DNA from: the human T2T-CHM13v2.0 reference genome, Homo sapiens
Assembly (NCBI RefSeq): GCF_009914755.1
Contig: NC_060930.1
DNA: 64,000 nucleotides
Direction: 5' to 3' (one strand)
Of this stretch, positions 45,729-62,461 are shown one piece after another. The position numbers and the translations under genes are program-made. The notes beneath the pieces are model-generated. The model was given only the letters and a program-made list of their open reading frames with translations, did no database searches and was not told the DNA's origin. Every line of letters starts with the position of its first letter. The first letter of the stretch is position 1.

Positions 45729-46987
45729 AACTGTGGTCAGTTTGGTGCTGGGACCTCAGACACAGAGGCATCTCTTGAAATGTTGATTGCTTTTTAAAAT
45801 TAAAACTTCACTTGATTTTATTCAGTACCCCCCACCCAATGCACACACTAATGTTTTTAAATTGAGAAAAGATGTTGTGTCTGATTTTGATTTTAGCAAT
45901 ATCAACCAATTATTATTTTCCAAGTCCCTTTCAACTTTTTTCAATTTGATGAGTTTAAATTAAATATGGATATTCAAGTTGATCTAATTAGTAATAGGTG
46001 CAAATATCTCTGTTTTTCAGTGGTCTCCCCCCGCCCACCTCCCAAGCCAGTACTTCCAAATTTGCTTTGTCCCTTTCAGTAGTACAAAGGCAAAAGGGTT
46101 CATACGAAATCTCTCCGGTCTCACCTATTTAAAGGCCCCCAAGAAAGAATGACGATGAAGGATGCTCCCTCCTTCTCATTCTCTTCAAAGATCCTCTAAG
46201 TGATCTGGGAAATTGCTCATGTCTGGCCCACTGAAGCGCTTCTTTATATTTTTGGCTCTTTCTTCCTTATCTATTCTTCCATTAATGGGAGTGGACATGC
46301 TGAGGAAGAGATTCCCAGAAAAGATTTCCAGAGAGATGGCCTGCTACCTGGAGAAATGGCCTGTCTGGTGTTCCTCTCCCTCGGGGTCTCTGTGAGGCCA
46401 GATGTTGCTGGGCCTTCATGAACCAGGTAGACATTACAGTAACAGAAAAGTGGTGTACTCTGGCGTGACTGCAGGCAGACTTTCTGCTTGTAAATCTTTT
46501 GGAAGTTGGAAGGAAAAGATTGCATTGTCTCTGCTGCCCCCTTCTTCCATGGCGTGCTCCCAGGGAGTTGATAGTTCTCCACCAAAACAACCACCACCAG
46601 AAGCAGCCCACCAGGGATCGTCCTACATCTGGGTAAAGAAGTTAGCATTCATTCATCAAATTGCCTGTCATCAGGGTGAAACGTGGCAAGGAAATAAGAG
46701 GCTATTTTTGGAATTGTGCTGTCAGTGCCTGAGACGGCAAGACTAGTGCACAGCAGTGGAGAGGCCAGGAGCCCCACCACCCACCAAAATCTACTCAAAC
46801 ATTTGTACTTGGCTTTCAAGCTGGACTTTCCAAACATGTGCACTGGATAGTGGTTTGGATCGACGTCTCCCTGGATGGCTTTCACTTGCCCTTGCTTCTC
46901 TGCAGCTGGCTGCTCTAAATGAAGGCTGGATGTTGGTTGGCTCTGTTACACTTCTCCAGGGGCTTGGATAGCCTCTGCATGGTATCA

Positions 46988-48600
<1,613 letters not shown>

Positions 48601-51329
48601 ATGGCTATCAAAGAGTGGAACAGACTGGAAAGTTCCCTTCTACCTCCTCCCAAGGTTCACTCCTTGCAAATGTGCAAATGGCAACAATTCTAAAAGGCAA
48701 TAAGAAGAAGCTTATGCAGGTACCGTGAGATGCCTAAGTCATTCCCAATCATTGCCAACCCTGGGAGGGCACTGGGGCCAGGAGACTCAGTCTAGGAAGT
48801 GGCAGAGAGTATAGAAGGTGCTTAGAGCACAGAGGGTCTTAGAGCTAAGTTTTTAAAGGAAATCTTTGTCTATTTGTAGGACAGTTCCATATTCTTTTAG
48901 AATCAAGACAAAGGCTGAAAAGAGACCAAAGTCCCACCCAGATTAAATGGGGCCTTATGAGATCCTGAAATCTCCTGGAGCAACCAAAAAATAGGGCCTC
49001 ACTGTTGCTTCTCAATGTTGACCATCCAAATTATAAACAAAATCTAGACTCTGATCAAACTGTCCACCCCCACCCCAGCCCTATCAACTGTTAGGAGATT
49101 ATTGACACCAGAAATCAAAACCCCAGTGTGGTCCCTGGCCTCCCGTAGTGTCGGTGACACAAGGAGCTGGCACCTGCTGCGCGTTCTTCAATGGCTGTAT
49201 TGATTCTGCTGGGCGAGTGGGAGCGAGAGGCTTGTTTTGGATAAGATGGGGCCGATAAGGCCCAGAGATATGGAAAGAGCGGCCAGGCCCATGAAGACAG
49301 AGGTGCCACTTTAACGACCTCTATGTGGCCCTCACCCTTGTCATTCTAGGAGAGAAGGGAAATTAAAGTAGTGAATTATTCCCTCTACAAAACAAGTTTC
49401 CTTTGGGAAGAGTCTGTAGCCTGAGCTCAGGAAAGCTGGGAAATACATGTGGAGCATGCCGCTTTGTCCAGTCCCCTGCCATGCTGGTATTTTCTTGGCT
49501 CTGTGTGACCTGCTGAGCGGGGACACCCGGCTGAGCTGGCAGGGCCTGCGGGGTCAGCCCAGGGCAGCCGAGTGGCCCCTCTGCAGAAGCTCTGGTGAGG
49601 AGACGACTCCCTGCCCACCTCTCTCCCTCTCCCTCCCCACCTCTCTCCCTCTCCCTCCTTCTCACCTGCTTTCTGTGGTGTCCCTGACATTCTCTCTCCC
49701 CTGCCTTTGTTTCCCTTCTCCCTGTCTTGCCCTTTGTTTCGCTGTCCTCCTCTACTGAAGTTGCAAAGCACAGCAGGCAGGGTCACTGGGACCCAGGCTG
49801 GCTCTGGCTGCCGTGACTCAGGCGCACCCCCCCTGGGAGCCCACAGGCTTGCTGCAGCGCCCTAGCCCCGTCATACTCACAGCAGCAGCTGCGTGGTGGC
49901 CCTCCAGCCCCGCGGTGCAGCCTCCCCGCACAATGCCTGCCTGAGAGTCAGGATGGTGGCTGCGCCCTTCCCTTCTCCTCTGGGTCTCATACCTATGGGC
50001 CTCTCCTGGCCTCCAGTGCCAGGGAAGCCTGCCTGTCACTGGCCCGTCATGGCATATAGGGATTGAGCTTCAGAGCTAACCAACAGTGGGCTCCTTTGCA
50101 CTTCGCTGTGTGCGTGGCTCTTCAGGAGGGCCAGATAAAAAGGATGCTGGATGGAATTAACCCAGATGTTATGCTTAGTGTGGGGTATGACCCCTGCATT
50201 GGGGGTATAGGCAATGTATACAGTGCATGTGCCGCTGCCTGGGGACATGGCTTCTGTGAGGAAGTCCCAGCCCAGCTAGCCGCCTTCTGTTGGGGCCAAG
50301 GGTGCCCTGTCCTCACTGCACTGGATGAGAGAGCTATTCTGCAGTTTTCAGTTTGCCTTGGGACGATTAGGATGCCCTGCCCCGTCACTGTCACATGGGC
50401 CCCGGCAGCCTTCCCATTTGTTTTCTCCTGTAGATGGAATGTCTCCTCAGTCATCACAGGGGAGACCAGGACTTAAGGTCGGGGAGCAGAGGCTATCAGC
50501 AAGGAAGCTGATTGTCAGGTCCAAGGCCTAGCAACTGAGATGAGAACTCCCCACCAGAACTGAGCAGACTGTAGGAGCTCAGCAGAGCCTGTGTGGAACG
50601 TGCACCTGCAACAGGAGGAGCAAGGGCAGGAAGATGCTAGAGGACAGAGAAAGGGGATCAGCCAGAGGCCTGTGTGCTGGGAGCTGCAGCATGTACCCCT
50701 GATGGCCCCCAGGAAGGGAGCTATGGCCCCTCCACCACCACCCTCAGAACAGGACTCTCAGATGTGAAAGCTCAGTTGTGTCTCAAGGACAAGAAGACTC
50801 CATCACTGTGTCCTCCCTCCCATCCGCTGGACTCCAGAAAAATGCACCTCCATATGGCTCCTTTCAAGTTAGCCCCCAACCCCTCCCAGGTGTACTGGCC
50901 CCCAGGTAACATGGAGGAATGACAGATAATGAAAGACACACCTGGGGCTTGGGAGAGGGATTTCAGAGCCATGGCTGGACCTGATGCTTTATTCCGAGGT
51001 GAATTCTGGATTGGAACACCCCGGTCTCTTATGGTAGAAAATGGCAGGCACTTCCACATGGTCCCGCCATCGGGAATGGATGGGACACTTCTACCTGTTT
51101 CTCTACCACTGATTGCATCGTGCAGAAGGCCTAAATGAGATGCAAGCCTCCCTTTGGCAAAGTATTGGAAAAATGAAGGCAACGTATTGGAAACATAAAG
51201 GCTTCATAAAGACACGCTTTGGGCACCACAGCTGGGACCTCTCTGCCCAACTCTGTTCTCCTTCTGAGGGGGATGGTGCCTGTCTCTGCCACCTTCTTTT
51301 CCACTACAGATCATGGAGAGTCTTGCTGA

Positions 51330-51824
<495 letters not shown>

Positions 51825-53489
51825 TAGTTTTGTGTGTGTGTGTGTATTGAGGGGTTATAAAGGAAAGCAGAATATTTTATCATGGTTTTTGCTTCAGTGG
51901 CTTTAGGACAAATTAGAACTCAACTCTGGTGCTAGAAAAGAAAAATCTCCACTTAAAACCCATGTTCAAATATCTGTAATGTTCATTTGGAGAAGAGAGG
52001 AAGGATTTGGGCTTTTTAATACTAATTGTACCTGAAGGTTTCCCTGCGGAAGCAGTTTATTAAATGGGACTGAAAGCCGCGCTGCTAAAGGCAATTAACA
52101 TCTGATACATTCTCAAAGCTCAGAAATCTTTGGCGAGAGGAATGTTTCTGCCTGTGTAAGAGCAGGCCAGGGAGTTACCTTCTGCTTATGGAAGGAATTC
52201 GTCCTGGGGGGGCTTTTATGATTGTTGGATTTTGTCATCTGTGTCACCTGATCACTCAACAGTTTTTTGCCCAAACCCACCTATGGCTGGGCCCTGCTTG
52301 TCCAAGTTGCCCTGGATGAGCACCTGGGGCCTTGTCTTGAGGGGGAAAATTGCCTCTGGGCGGCTGGTGCCCCTGCCCTTGAGGGGGACCAGATTTCACT
52401 GTGTATTCAACTTTGAAAAAGCCAGAGCCCTTGAAAATGTCTCTCAGGACCAATATTGGGCCTTGACTGCAGCTGTGTCTGGGGATGCTGGGGAGCCTTG
52501 GGGTCCCAAGACAGACTTTGTGTCTCAGCAGGGCAGTAGCGCTACCTGTGTGTGAGCCTCTTGTCTAGAGGGCAGCAGTTCCAATTCTGGTGTCACAGGC
52601 GCATGTGGACAGCCAGGGGCCTGATCTCAGTGGCTCTGACTCATGGGTCTGGGATTGAGCTGAGAACCCCGCACTTTAGAGAAACTCCCTGATGATCCCC
52701 AGTATTCGGCACAGGCCACCTACAAGTCACACACTGAGAGCTTCTGTCCTGGCGGCGGGGGTGGTGGGGGAGGCTCCTCTGTCTTGGGTCAGCTTCTCTG
52801 GTTTTTGGTTTGTCGCCTCTCTCTAGCTGTCTCACTTCCTTTCTCTGCCCTGCCCTTGACTGGTGAATCCATTGGGGCAAAGCTGTGTTACCTCTCTTTG
52901 TCCCACTGGAGTGACCATGTTCCTGTTGAATTGTCACCACATACATTTCCACTGGCCCTCTTCAGCCCATTCATCAAAACCAATACCAAGGGCAGTGGGA
53001 GTGAGGGGAAAGTTTTTTCTGTAATCTGTAATCTGTCAATCTGTTTAAAAAAAAAAAAAAAAGTGTGTCAGTATAATTCCATGCAGAACCCAGGGTACTG
53101 ACCCTGAGTGGCAGACACAAGTATTCCAAGGAGCATCAACCTTCATAAATATTTATACGTTCTTTGCCAGCACTTAACATGGAATTATAAGGAAATTTAA
53201 GCATGGCCTGAGAGTATCTGTAGGAAGAAAAACAGGAGAGTTGAATTCCTCCTTTTCCTCTCTCTGGCCCTGATCCTTACTTAATGACAAAAATGCCAGT
53301 GTCTGGCGCTAAAAGAAATAGCTGTTCTTCCAGAGAAGGTTCTCTTTGTTGAGCATTGAGAGAGTCAAATCAACAGCAGGTTCACAGAAACCCAGAACTG
53401 CTGGTGAAGTTAGAAGCAAAGCCCTTTGACTATGTCATCTTGGTTCCATCCAGCAGAAAAAGAAACTGGAAATCCAGACATGAAGTGGT

Positions 53490-54564
53490 GGTCTCTGCCT
53501 GTGTTCTGCCAGCAATTCTTCAACACCAATTAAGTGTCTTGCAATTCAATCCAATTCTTTTTTTTTCTTTTTTTTTTTTTTTTTGAGACAGGGTCTTGCT
53601 TTCTCGCCCAGGCTGGAGTATGGTGGCATAATCAGGGCTCATTGCAGCTTCAATCTCCAGGGATCAAGCAGTCCTCCCACCTTAGCCTCCCAAATAGCCG
53701 AGACCACAGGCACACACCACTATGTCCAGCTAATTTTATATTTTGTAGAGACAGGGTCTGTGTTGCCCAGGCTGATCTCAAACTCATGGGTTCAAACAGT
53801 CTTCCCACCTTAGCCTCCAATAGTGCTGGGATTACAGGCATGAGGCGCCACATCTGGCCTCAGTTCAATTCTGATGCCACCTGGAGTTAGCACAGGCCCA
53901 AGTGAAAGGGCAAGGTCCCCAAGGAGACTGCTGTCATTTCAGACACCAGGCACAAGTGAGGTCCACAGGGCAGCCATGCTTCTGTCTGTCTTGCCTACAA
54001 ATTTGGGAGTTCACATTACCGCCCTTCATGTTTGATAATTTGCTGGAACAATTCACAGAACTCAAGAAAGTGCTATACTTACAATCATAGGTTTATTATA
54101 AGAGGTATGACTCAGGACCAGCCAAATGAAGAGACTCTTAGGCAAGGTCAAGGGGATAGGCATGGGTGGTTGGAGCTTCCACACCCTTTTGGGTGCACGG
54201 TCCTCTTGAAACATCAGTATGTTCACCAACCTGGAAGCTCCACTGAGCCTCAGTGTCTGGAGTTTTTATGTGGGGTTTAATTGCTCTGCACAATTGAATC
54301 ATTGGTCACATGATTGAACTCCATCTCCAGCCCCCCAGAGGCCAGGCTAAGCCAAAGTTCCAACCCCCTAATCCTGTGCTTGGCTTTTTTGGTAACTAGC
54401 CCCCATCCTGAAGCTAATGAGGTCCTAGAGAGTGTGTGGGGTTCACCGTGTACAATCTAGGGCCTCAGGAGCATAACAAAGACACTCAGGAAAATCCAAG
54501 GGTTGTCAAAGCTTGGTGCCAGGAACTGGGGACAAAGACCAGAGATATATTTATTATTTTCACA
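53490..54564. mobile_element. MER21-type LTR interrupted by an AluJ
   Basis: caattctgatgccacctggagttagcacag ... tgccaggaactggggacaaagacc ... tatttattattttcaca. Confidence 0.75.
53555..53859 (-). mobile_element. AluJ
   Basis: Antisense diverged dimer; TSD caattct. Confidence 0.9.
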
Positions 54565-55227
54565 CTGCCCATGTCTGCTTGACCTGGGAAAGAAAGTTGT
54601 TTGTAGAAATCTTTGCTTTTTACATGACCAAATGATGCCAAGATGGTCTTCATGGAGATTTTGGTCCCTAGCACGAGACGGTATTTTGGAGGAAGCTTAC
54701 TTCACAAGCAGAATGAGGTTGGATGGGGAAAATCCCAGGCTAAGACTGTAAGTAGTGTGATCATGCAGTTTATCATCTAATCTAACCCAGGACACCTTTA
54801 GGAGCGCAGGGCGTTAGGACCTTGGGGTCTTCAGGAGACTCCCCTGCTGCACCCAGCTGGCAGGAGAGGAAAGAGTGAGTGGAAGGCTGATGGGGTAGGG
54901 GGCAGGTGGTTAGGAGGGCCAGGCCTGGCAGCACCACACATCCCTTCTTCCCCACATTCATGGGCAGAATCCAGGCACATGGCCACAGCTAACTGCAGTG
55001 GGAAATGTCATCTGGCTGTGTGCTCAGGAGGTTGATAGAGGATGTGGGTTGCTAATAAACACATCACAGCCGCCGCATGGTTGTTCCTGGAATAGGTGAA
55101 GCAGGCTGCTTCCTCAGGGCCTTCACATTGTCATTCCCACTCTAGGAAATTCTCTCACCCCAGATGGCCTCATGCCTCACTCCCAAGGCTCCTCTTTTGC
55201 TTAGAAGATACCTTAACAGAAAGACAA

Positions 55228-55596
<369 letters not shown>

Positions 55597-55632
55597 CTAA
55601 CTATTGAATAATAATTTAGCTAGTCCGGGTTT

Positions 55633-56490
55633 TTACTAGTCAGAATTTTCCAGAGAGACAGAATCAATAGGATATATAGAGATACATATATATAGGAGGA
55701 GATTTATTATGGGAATTGACTCAGGCAATTACGGAGGCCAAGAAGTCACATGAGCTGCTGTCTGCAAGCTGGAGAACCAGGAAAGCTGGTGGTGTAATTC
55801 AGTCTTGAGTCCGAAGGCTTGAGAACCAGGTGAGCCAGTGGTGTAAGTCCTAGTTGGAAGTCAAAGCCCTGAGTACTGGGGAGGGCTGCTGGTATAAGTC
55901 CTGAAGTGCAAAGCCCTGGGAACTGGGAGCTCTGATGTCCCAGGGCAAGAGAAGACAATGACCCAGCTCGATAAAAGAGAATTTGCCCTTCCTCTGTCTT
56001 TTTGTTCTCTCTGGGCCCTGAACCGAGGAGATGATACCTATCCGTGTTGGTGAGGGCAGGTCTATTTTACTCAGTCTACTGACTCAAATACTTATTTCTT
56101 CCAGAAATACCTTCACAGATACACCCCAAAATAATGTCTTAACAGTTGCCAGGCTCAGTAGCTTACACCTATAATCTCAGCACTTTGGGAGGCCAAGGCA
56201 GGAGGCTTGCTTGAGGCTAGGAGTTCAAGACCAGCCTCGGCAACATAGCAAGTCCCCATCTCTGCATTAAAAATTAGCTTGTGGTGGCCCGTTCTTGTAG
56301 TCCCAGCTGCTTGGGAGGCTGAGTGGGAGGATTGCTTGAGCCCAGGAGGTCAAGTCTGCAGTGAGCCATGATTGTGCCACTGTGCTCCAGCTTGCGTGAC
56401 AGAGCAAAACCCCATTGCAGAAAAAAAAGTTTTATCAGCTACTTGGGCATTCCATAGTCCAATCAAGTTGACACAAAATTAACTATCACA
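55633..56490 (-). mobile_element. MLT2B-type (ERVL) LTR interrupted by an AluJ
   Basis: ttccagagagacagaatcaataggatatat ... tctgcaagctggagaaccaggaaagctggtggtg ... aatcaagttgacacaaaattaactatcaca. Confidence 0.85.
56148..56428 (+). mobile_element. AluJ
   Basis: Sense diverged dimer inside the MLT2 LTR. Confidence 0.9.
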
Positions 56491-56949
56491 GTGCTCTAGA
56501 TTGCATGCAGTAGAAGCAGACTGTAATGAGAGAGAAAAGCGTACCAGGGAACTTACCCAATCAACAAAAAGGCTGGAGACTTAATTCAGGAAATCAAGGC
56601 TCAGATCTAGTCATGGAACAATGTGCTTTGGATCCCTCCAATGTGGTCATCACCCTAGACACTGGCTGCCGTACTACCCATTCTTGATGTCACCTTTGAG
56701 TCACTCCCTCAGGTTATACACTGCAGGGTGGAAACATTTGATTGGCTTTGATGAAGTCATGAGTCCGTACTTCAGATGCTAGGGGACAAAGAGGGGAGCT
56801 ATCTGTCGTGGGAAATGGGGCTCTGAGTCCCACCTATCTAGGCATTCCCCCACATGAGAAGTGTTGCCAAAAGCTGGGTAGCAAAAGCAGTAAATATCCA
56901 CTACAGCTGGGTATGGCATTCTAGGTTTGATGGCATCATTTTCATATTA

Positions 56950-57780
56950 TTTAATTTTTTAATGTGTATTTTTGTTAAGTTTGCTATCCATTTTGTGTTT
57001 CTTAGTAATTTTCTTTTTATCTCTGGATTACTTTTAAGAATTTATGTGTTTGATATAATTTCACTACATGTGGCTAGATAAGAATTTATCTGATCCTCTT
57101 GGAACTCTTTGGGCCTTTTCAACTTAAAGATGTTTGCCTTTCTTTAGTTGTAGAAAATTCCCAGTCATTATGTCTTCAAATACTACTACTCCCTATTACT
57201 GCCTTCCGAAATTCCTATTAGAAATTTGTTGGACTTTTCATTCTCTCTTCCATGTCTCTTTACAAAGAGACAGTCATGTATTTTGGCCATTTGATTCTGT
57301 GCTATATTTGAAGAGATTTCAAATATACTGTTGAATTCTTTAATTCTGTCTTCAGTTATGTGTAATTTGATGATTATCTGTTTAATGTATAACTAATCTG
57401 TTAAGTAATCTGTTTAATCTGTTAATTAGACAACTAATGTTTAACCTGTTTAATCTGATCTTTAGTTATATCTAATCTGATTTCATTGTTATTTTCAATG
57501 GTTATGGTTTTTATAAAGTTCTATTTGACTCTTTTTACATCTACCTGTTCTTTTTTCATGTTTTTTCCCCATAATTTTGTTTTAAGGTTTCTAGTCCTTC
57601 TTTTCTTCCTTCCATTATTTTAGGTATTCTTCCTTTTTTTTCCTCTAGTTTTTGTTTTTAGTTTTGTTATTGTTTTGTTTTGTTTTGGTATTCTTCCTTT
57701 AGAGCTTAGTTCAGATGACTCTTATCCACAGTCTCTGGGGTCCTCTGGGTCTTCCCTTGCATTCCAGCCATCCTCTTGAG
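56950..57780 (-). mobile_element. Old L1ME-type fragment (approximate limits)
   Basis: T-rich antisense L1 signatures (gaaaattcccagtcattatgtcttcaaata, aaagttctatttgactcttttt). Confidence 0.65.
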
Positions 57781-58090
57781 AGACTTTGTGTGGCTGATTC
57801 ATTTTTGTTCAGGGGTTCTTTTCAGTAGGAAGTTTCTGTCTTATGGTGATAGTTGGTTGATTGTTTTTACTGAGAGAGTCCTTGTCCTGCATTGTGAAAA
57901 TTTCCCTCCAGGGCTTCTCTGGGGTCCTTAAAGTTACAGGCAGGGTGGTTCTGTTGGGTAACATAGGCAGGTGGAGAGGATAAATAAATTTAGAATTATA
58001 AACCACCTAAAAAAGTTGCCCCATCTCTTCTCCCAGTATAGGCCACTGGCCTGAGTCACTGTCTCTTTTCCTTAAAAAATCATGAAATCT

Positions 58091-58420
<330 letters not shown>

Positions 58421-58880
58421 TCAGAGCCAGGAAGACTGGGAGTTAGAAGTTAGAAAATCAAGTTCAAACAGGCTTTCAACAATTAGGTGACTTACTGGCT
58501 TATGTAGTTGAAAAGGGAAGGGATAGCCTGCAAATGACCTAGGCTCTTACACCCACTGACATCCCACATTAGATGACCTTTCTCTAAAGCCTTCTCCTTG
58601 CCTTTTCTCTCTCCGTCGTTTCTCGAACTCTCCAACACAACTCCAGATGGATTAATCCTTTCGAATCACAGCGGGAAATGCTGCTCTGCAGCTCAGAACC
58701 CTGCAAAGGCTCACTTTGTGCCTCTGGTGGGAAGTCCGAAGCATTGTGGTTGGCAGCCTAGGCCATTCATTTCTCCAGCTTTATCTCATCCGACCCTGCT
58801 TGACACATCCTTAAATCCATTCCAGCAGAACTCCTCTCTCTTCCTCTCACTCCCACTCTGAACTGTCCCTTCTCTGAAGG

Positions 58881-58936
58881 GACATTTGCCTATGGCCCTT
58901 GCCTGTGTGATATTTGCCTATGGCCTTTGCCCGTAG
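58881..58936. repeat. Diverged 28-bp tandem duplication
   Basis: gacatttgcctatggcccttgcctgtgt / gatatttgcctatggcctttgcccgtag. Confidence 0.85.
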
Positions 58937-59773
58937 CATCCATGTTCTGGTTTGTATTGGAGTTATTTGTGTGTCTGTTTTACACCACCCCTTCATTCAC
59001 TGAGTTCTTGGAGGGAGGAAAGCCATGTCTGACTTACCGTCTATTGGCCGTGGTGCCAGGCAGAAGGCATGTCACGTAAGAGTTGCTCCAGTGGGCCTCA
59101 GTGAATTGGGGCACCCCCAGTGCTCTTGCTGGTGATTCAGTTAAGCCAGGCTAGTGGCCCCTGTGCTGCACAGGGTGGGTACATGCACTTCAGCAGAGTC
59201 TCCTGAGGAACCCCTGGCTTAGTGTTATTGCATCAGCACACAAGAGCTCAACCCTGGCAGTGAGGTGGGAGTACAGCCAGAGAGAGCATTGCCCCTGCGT
59301 GGTGTCTCCCTCTCCCCCGTTCCTGGGCCTCCTGGTTTGGCCCCACTCCACCATTACTCTTCCTTCAGGATACTCTTCTGGCCCGGCAGCTGTCTTGAAA
59401 GCCCCTGTGCAGTTTCAAAATGCTCCGTTTGGACTGCAGCAAATCCTGCCTAGTAGCGTTGTCTGATCATGTGAATGTGATGCCTTCCCGGTCAGGCGCC
59501 TCCGGGGTGTACTGGGCAAGTCGGCCCACGCCTCCATAGGCCTTGCATGCAGCAGGGCTCACAACACACCTCTGTTGCTTAAGGGTGTCCATTCAAGTCA
59601 CCCTGCTCCCAGTACTGACCCCAGGGTAGACAAAACGGATTCCGTAAGACATTCAAGCCAACAGTCAGGAACCTGATGTAGCTGTTGGGTGACCATACTT
59701 GTATCTAGGAGGCTATCCTGAGCCTAGCACAGAGCCTGGCATGTGGTAAACTCTCTATGAAGGAATTAATGAG

Positions 59774-59989
<216 letters not shown>

Positions 59990-60694
59990 TGATTGAAGGC
60001 TGAGCTGCTTCCTTCTGTGGAAGTCCTGAGGAGCCCTCCCAAATGCTCAGGCTCCTGGAGTAAGGCAGAGGAAGCTTAGTCTGTGGGGCACCAGGCGCTC
60101 CAACACCTTCCTAGGGTGCCTGAGCTCTGTGATCCCTCAAAAATCAATAGCCACATTTCCCAATATTCTCACCTCATCCTTTCAAAGCCCATAGGACATA
60201 CATTTATTTGGGCATTTAAACAAATTTTAATTGAGACAGGGTTGGAAAAAAATTACCTAATGGTTAACATCTCCAATGGCTGCAAACCAGCTCACCAAAC
60301 GATGCAGAAGAGCACACGTTTGCCTCGTACCTGAGAACCATCACTAGTTTGTAAGAAAGGCAGCAACTTTAATCACAGGTGGTGAGCGATAAAAGGTAGC
60401 TTCCATATGCAGGTGGCACTACTTCCGCAGGAGCACCGTGGGCTCCTGGAGAGGCTTGCTTGGGTCCAAGCACATATTGCTGGCAACCTACGTGCTTCCA
60501 GGTAGCAGCTGAGGCCCTGTGGGCCTCTGCAAGGAGCGAGGGCTCTGGGGTCAGATGGACCAGGTTCACTTCCCAGCATTGCCACTTGAATGTGAACTTG
60601 GACAAATTCCTAAGCCTTCCTGCGTCTGTATCCTTGCCTGTGCAATGTGAAAAATACCTTTTCACAGCATTCCTGAAAAGCACAAATAGTGTGA

Positions 60695-61092
<398 letters not shown>

Positions 61093-62281
61093 CTCGAAAC
61101 CAGATGCTGGGGACACACATTCTGCCTTGGATTCCTAGATTACATCTGCCTTAAAAAAACACGGAAGCACAGTTGGAGGTGGGACGATGAGACTTTGAAA
61201 CTATCTCATGCCAGTGCCTTATTACCCAGGAAGATTTTAAAGGACCTCATTAATAATTTGCTCACTTGGTAAATGACGTGAGTAGTTGTTGGTCTGTAGC
61301 AAGCTGAGTTTGGATGTCTGTAGCATAAGGTCTGGTAACTGCAGAAACATAACCGTGAAGCTCTTCCTACCCTCCTCCCCCAAAAACCCACCAAAATTAG
61401 TTTTAGCTGTAGATCAAGCTATTTGGGGTGTTTGTTAGTAAATAGGGAAAATAATCTCAAAGGAGTTAAATGTATTCTTGGCTAAAGGATCAGCTGGTTC
61501 AGTACTGTCTATCAAAGGTAGATTTTACAGAGAACAGAAATCGGGGAAGTGGGGGGAACGCCTCTGTTCAGTTCATTCCCAGAAGTCCACAGGACGCACA
61601 GCCCAGGCCACAGCCAGGGCTCCACGGGGCGCCCTTGTCTCAGTCATTGCTGTTGTATGTTCGTGCTGGAGTTTTGTTGGTGTGAAAATACACTTATTTC
61701 AGCCAAAACATACCATTTCTACACCTCAATCCTCCATTTGCTGTACTCTTTGCTAGTACCAAAAGTAGACTGATTACACTGAGGTGAGGCTACAAGGGGT
61801 GTGTAACCGTGTAACACGTGAAGGCAGTGCTCACCTCTTCTTTACCAGAACGGTTCTTTGACCAGCACATTAACTTCTGGACTGCCGGCTCTAGTACCTT
61901 TTCAGTAAAGTGGTTCTCTGCCTTTTTACTATACAGCATACCACGCCACAGGGTTAGAACCAACGAAGAAAATAAAATGAGGGTGCCCAGCTTATAAGAA
62001 TGGTGTTAGGGGGATGAGCATGCTGTTTATGAACGGAAATCATGATTTCCCTTGTAGAAAGTGAGGCTCAGATTAAATTTTAGAATATTTTCTAAATGTC
62101 TTTTTCACAATCATGTACTGGGAAGGCAATTTCATACTAAACTGATTAAATAATACATTTATAATCTACAACTGTTTGCACTTACAGCTTTTTTTGTAAA
62201 TATAAACTATAATTTATTGTCTATTTTATATCTGTTTTGCTGTAACATTGAAGGAAAGACCAGACTTTTAAAAAAAAAGAG

Positions 62282-62287
62282 TTTATT
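62282..62287 (-). terminator. TXNDC5: TXNDC5 polyadenylation signal AATAAA (minus strand)
   Basis: Plus strand gTTTATTtag equals minus-strand AATAAA, followed on the minus strand by a U-rich run. Confidence 0.75.
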
Positions 62288-62455
62288 TAGAAAGTATCAT
62301 AGTGTAAACAAACAAATTGTACCACTTTGATTTTCTTGGAATACAAGACTCGTGATGCAAAGCTGAAGTTGTGTGTACAAGACTCTTGACAGTTGTGCTT
62401 CTCTAGGAGGTTGGGTTTTTTTAAAAAAAGAATTATCTGTGAACCATACGTGATT

Positions 62456-62461
62456 AATAAA
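62456..62461 (+). terminator. BMP6: Distal BMP6 polyadenylation signal AATAAA
   Basis: tgattAATAAAgatttcc, a canonical hexamer at the end of the AU-rich UTR. Confidence 0.7.

Noticed and set aside
57370-57480. Degenerate taatctgtt microrepeat
   Set aside because: Low-complexity slippage product inside an old L1 fragment.
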